Shown here piece by piece: positions 62,177 to 64,000 of a stretch of 64,000 nt of DNA (position 1 is its first letter; each line of letters starts with the position of its first letter). Position numbers and translations under genes: made by a program. Origin of the DNA: Tubulanus polymorphus. Its lineage: Eukaryota; Animalia; Nemertea. The stretch spans positions 1 to 64,000 of the forward strand of contig NW_027437445.1 in the NCBI RefSeq assembly GCF_964204645.1, given 5' to 3'. Under the pieces are notes generated by a model. The model saw only the letters and a list, made by a program, of their open reading frames with translations, had not been told where the DNA came from and made no database searches.

Positions 62177-63304
62177 ATGAGTGGTAAAAAAACTCCTAAT
62201 ACTAAAGAACAATATTTAAGAAATTTATATTACAACCCTGAGAGTTCGGTTGCTTATTCTTCTACTAAAAATATATGGCGTAAAGTAAAACAAGATAAAT
62301 TAGATAAGATAATCCCACAAAATTTAGTTAAATATAAAGATATAAATGAATTTATGTTAGAACAACCAACATATACAACATATAAAAAAATTGTTAGAAA
62401 ATATAAAACTCGTAAAACTATGGTAAGTTATGTAGATCAACAGTGGCAAGGAGATTTAATTGATATGAAAAATGTTAAGAAAGATAATGATGATTATTGG
62501 TGGTTATTGAATATAATTGATATTTTTAGTCGTTATGTATGGAGTTTCCCACTTTATAGAAAAGATGCTGTACAAACATCAAATGTTTTAAGAAAATTTC
62601 TTTCGGATGATAAACTAAAACCAGAAAAAATACAATTTGATGATGGAAAAGAATTTGATAATTCACTTGTTCATGAACTCTTAGATAATCATAATATTAA
62701 ATATTTTTCAACAAAATCAGATAAAAAAGCAGCAGTTGTTGAACGATTTAATAGAACATTAAGAACAAGAATGTGGAAATATTTTACAGCAAATAATACT
62801 TTTAAATGGATTGATGTTTTACCAAAATTGATAGAAGGATATAATAATTCTTATCATTCTTCTATTGGAATGAAACCTATTGATGCTAGAAAATCTGAAA
62901 ATGCTGAAATTGTTTGGAATAATTTATATGGAGCATTTCTTATAGATGATTTTGGTGAACCTAAATTTAAAGTTGGTCAAAATGTTAGAATTTCTAAGTA
63001 TAAAAAGATATTTGACAAAGGATACGATCGAAATTTTACTAGAGAAATATATAAAATAAAAAAGGTAATAACAACAAAACCATATGTCTATAAATTAGAA
63101 GATTTAGATGGTGAAGAAGTTGATGGTTACTTTTACGAAGAAGAATTAAGTTTAACTACTGAAAATCTAGAACAAGAATATAAAATTGAAAAAGTATTAA
63201 AAACAAAAACTATTAAAAGAAAAAAATATTCTTTAGTAAAATGGGTTGGATGGCCAAATAAATTCAATGAATGGATATTATCAAGTAAAATTAAAAATAT
63301 ATGA
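62177..63304 (+). CDS. Retroviral-type DDE integrase with C-terminal chromodomain
   Basis: WQGDLIDM, IDIFSR, QFDDGKEF, VVERFNRTL; YKIEKVL...LVKWVGWP..FNEWI. Confidence 0.95.
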   Translation: MSGKKTPNTKEQYLRNLYYNPESSVAYSSTKNIWRKVKQDKLDKIIPQNLVKYKDINEFMLEQPTYTTYKKIVRKYKTRKTMVSYVDQQWQGDLIDMKNVKKDNDDYWWLLNIIDIFSRYVWSFPLYRKDAVQTSNVLRKFLSDDKLKPEKIQFDDGKEFDNSLVHELLDNHNIKYFSTKSDKKAAVVERFNRTLRTRMWKYFTANNTFKWIDVLPKLIEGYNNSYHSSIGMKPIDARKSENAEIVWNNLYGAFLIDDFGEPKFKVGQNVRISKYKKIFDKGYDRNFTREIYKIKKVITTKPYVYKLEDLDGEEVDGYFYEEELSLTTENLEQEYKIEKVLKTKTIKRKKYSLVKWVGWPNKFNEWILSSKIKNI

Positions 63305-63913
63305 ATGAATAAGGAATTATTCATATTTGAGCCTCATAATATGTTAATTTCTGGTGTAACAAATTGTGGAAAAACTTATTTTATATTAAATTTATTAGAA
63401 ACTGTTTACAAAAACTATTTTGATAATATAGTATTATTTTGTCCAACATATGAATTTAATCAAACTTATGATAGAAATATTACTAGGAATAATAAATTTA
63501 TTATATTAGATCCTAAAACAGTAAAATAAAATTTAGATAATTGTATAAAAATAGCAATTGATATTTATAAAGGATCAAATACATTATTTATCATAGATGA
63601 TTGTGCTAATCTACATGATTCAAAAGTTAGAGAAAGTGAGTTATGTTATTTGGCTTTCTCTGGAAGACATTTTGGGATAACAACTTCGGTTTTAAATCAA
63701 AAATATAATTCAATTGTTAAAGACTTTAGAGAAAACATTAGATTTCTAGTTTTATTCTACAATAAAGATAGAAAATCGATGAAAAATGCACTTGAGGAAA
63801 ATGATATTATTCCACATGATTTACATAATGAATATATGGATAAGTTGAAAAATATTAAAAGATCAAAATTACTATTTAGATTACAACACCCATTTAAATA
63901 TGAATTTATTTAA
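63305..63913 (+). pseudogene. A32-like packaging ATPase, nonsense at 63527-63529
   Basis: Walker A GVTNCGKT, Walker B IIDD, GRH; TAA where copies A and B have GAA. Confidence 0.92.
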
Positions 63914-64000
63914 ATTCAATTAGTTTGTTAATCTAGTTGAATTCTAGTTATTGGTAGTTGTAACAAAAATCAAATAGATTTAACAATATTTTAACTAGCT

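Larger units (their letters stand above)
49253..64000 (+). mobile_element. Polinton/Maverick (adintovirus-like) copy C, nearly intact, runs off the window
   Basis: AGT terminus, then pPolB, penton, MCP, integrase and ATPase. Confidence 0.95.

Overview
AT-rich eukaryotic (probably invertebrate animal) genomic DNA made almost entirely of mobile elements; no host protein-coding gene is recognisable. Bases 1-7450 are non-coding, with tRNA-derived SINE-like heads and a Helentron-type non-autonomous element. The window holds three Polinton/Maverick copies. A (7451-11500) is degraded. B (11501-41580, minus strand) is truncated. C (49253 to beyond the window) is nearly intact: pPolB, Zn-finger/VLTF3-like gene, penton, small membrane proteins, MCP, integrase, ATPase. 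The ATPase of B is split by a 26-kb nested stack, resolved mostly from TIRs and TSDs: outer MULE-like element > autonomous-type MULE (CaRF-DDE-SWIM-Ulp1-PHD) > Harbinger-like MITE > Penelope with hammerheads > BEL/Pao LTR element > CR1/L2-type LINE and a long-TIR foldback. A 118-bp satellite (41589-49252) separates B from C. Three features of Polinton C stand out. (1) Its DNA polymerase carries a complete 355-aa LAGLIDADG intein in the catalytic YxD|TDS motif. (2) It encodes a protein resembling the poxvirus/NCLDV late transcription factor VLTF3. (3) Nearly all its genes start with a poxvirus-late-like TAAATG preceded by a T-run. Together these suggest, by inference only, an endogenous virus that depends on or exchanges genes with a large cytoplasmic DNA virus.
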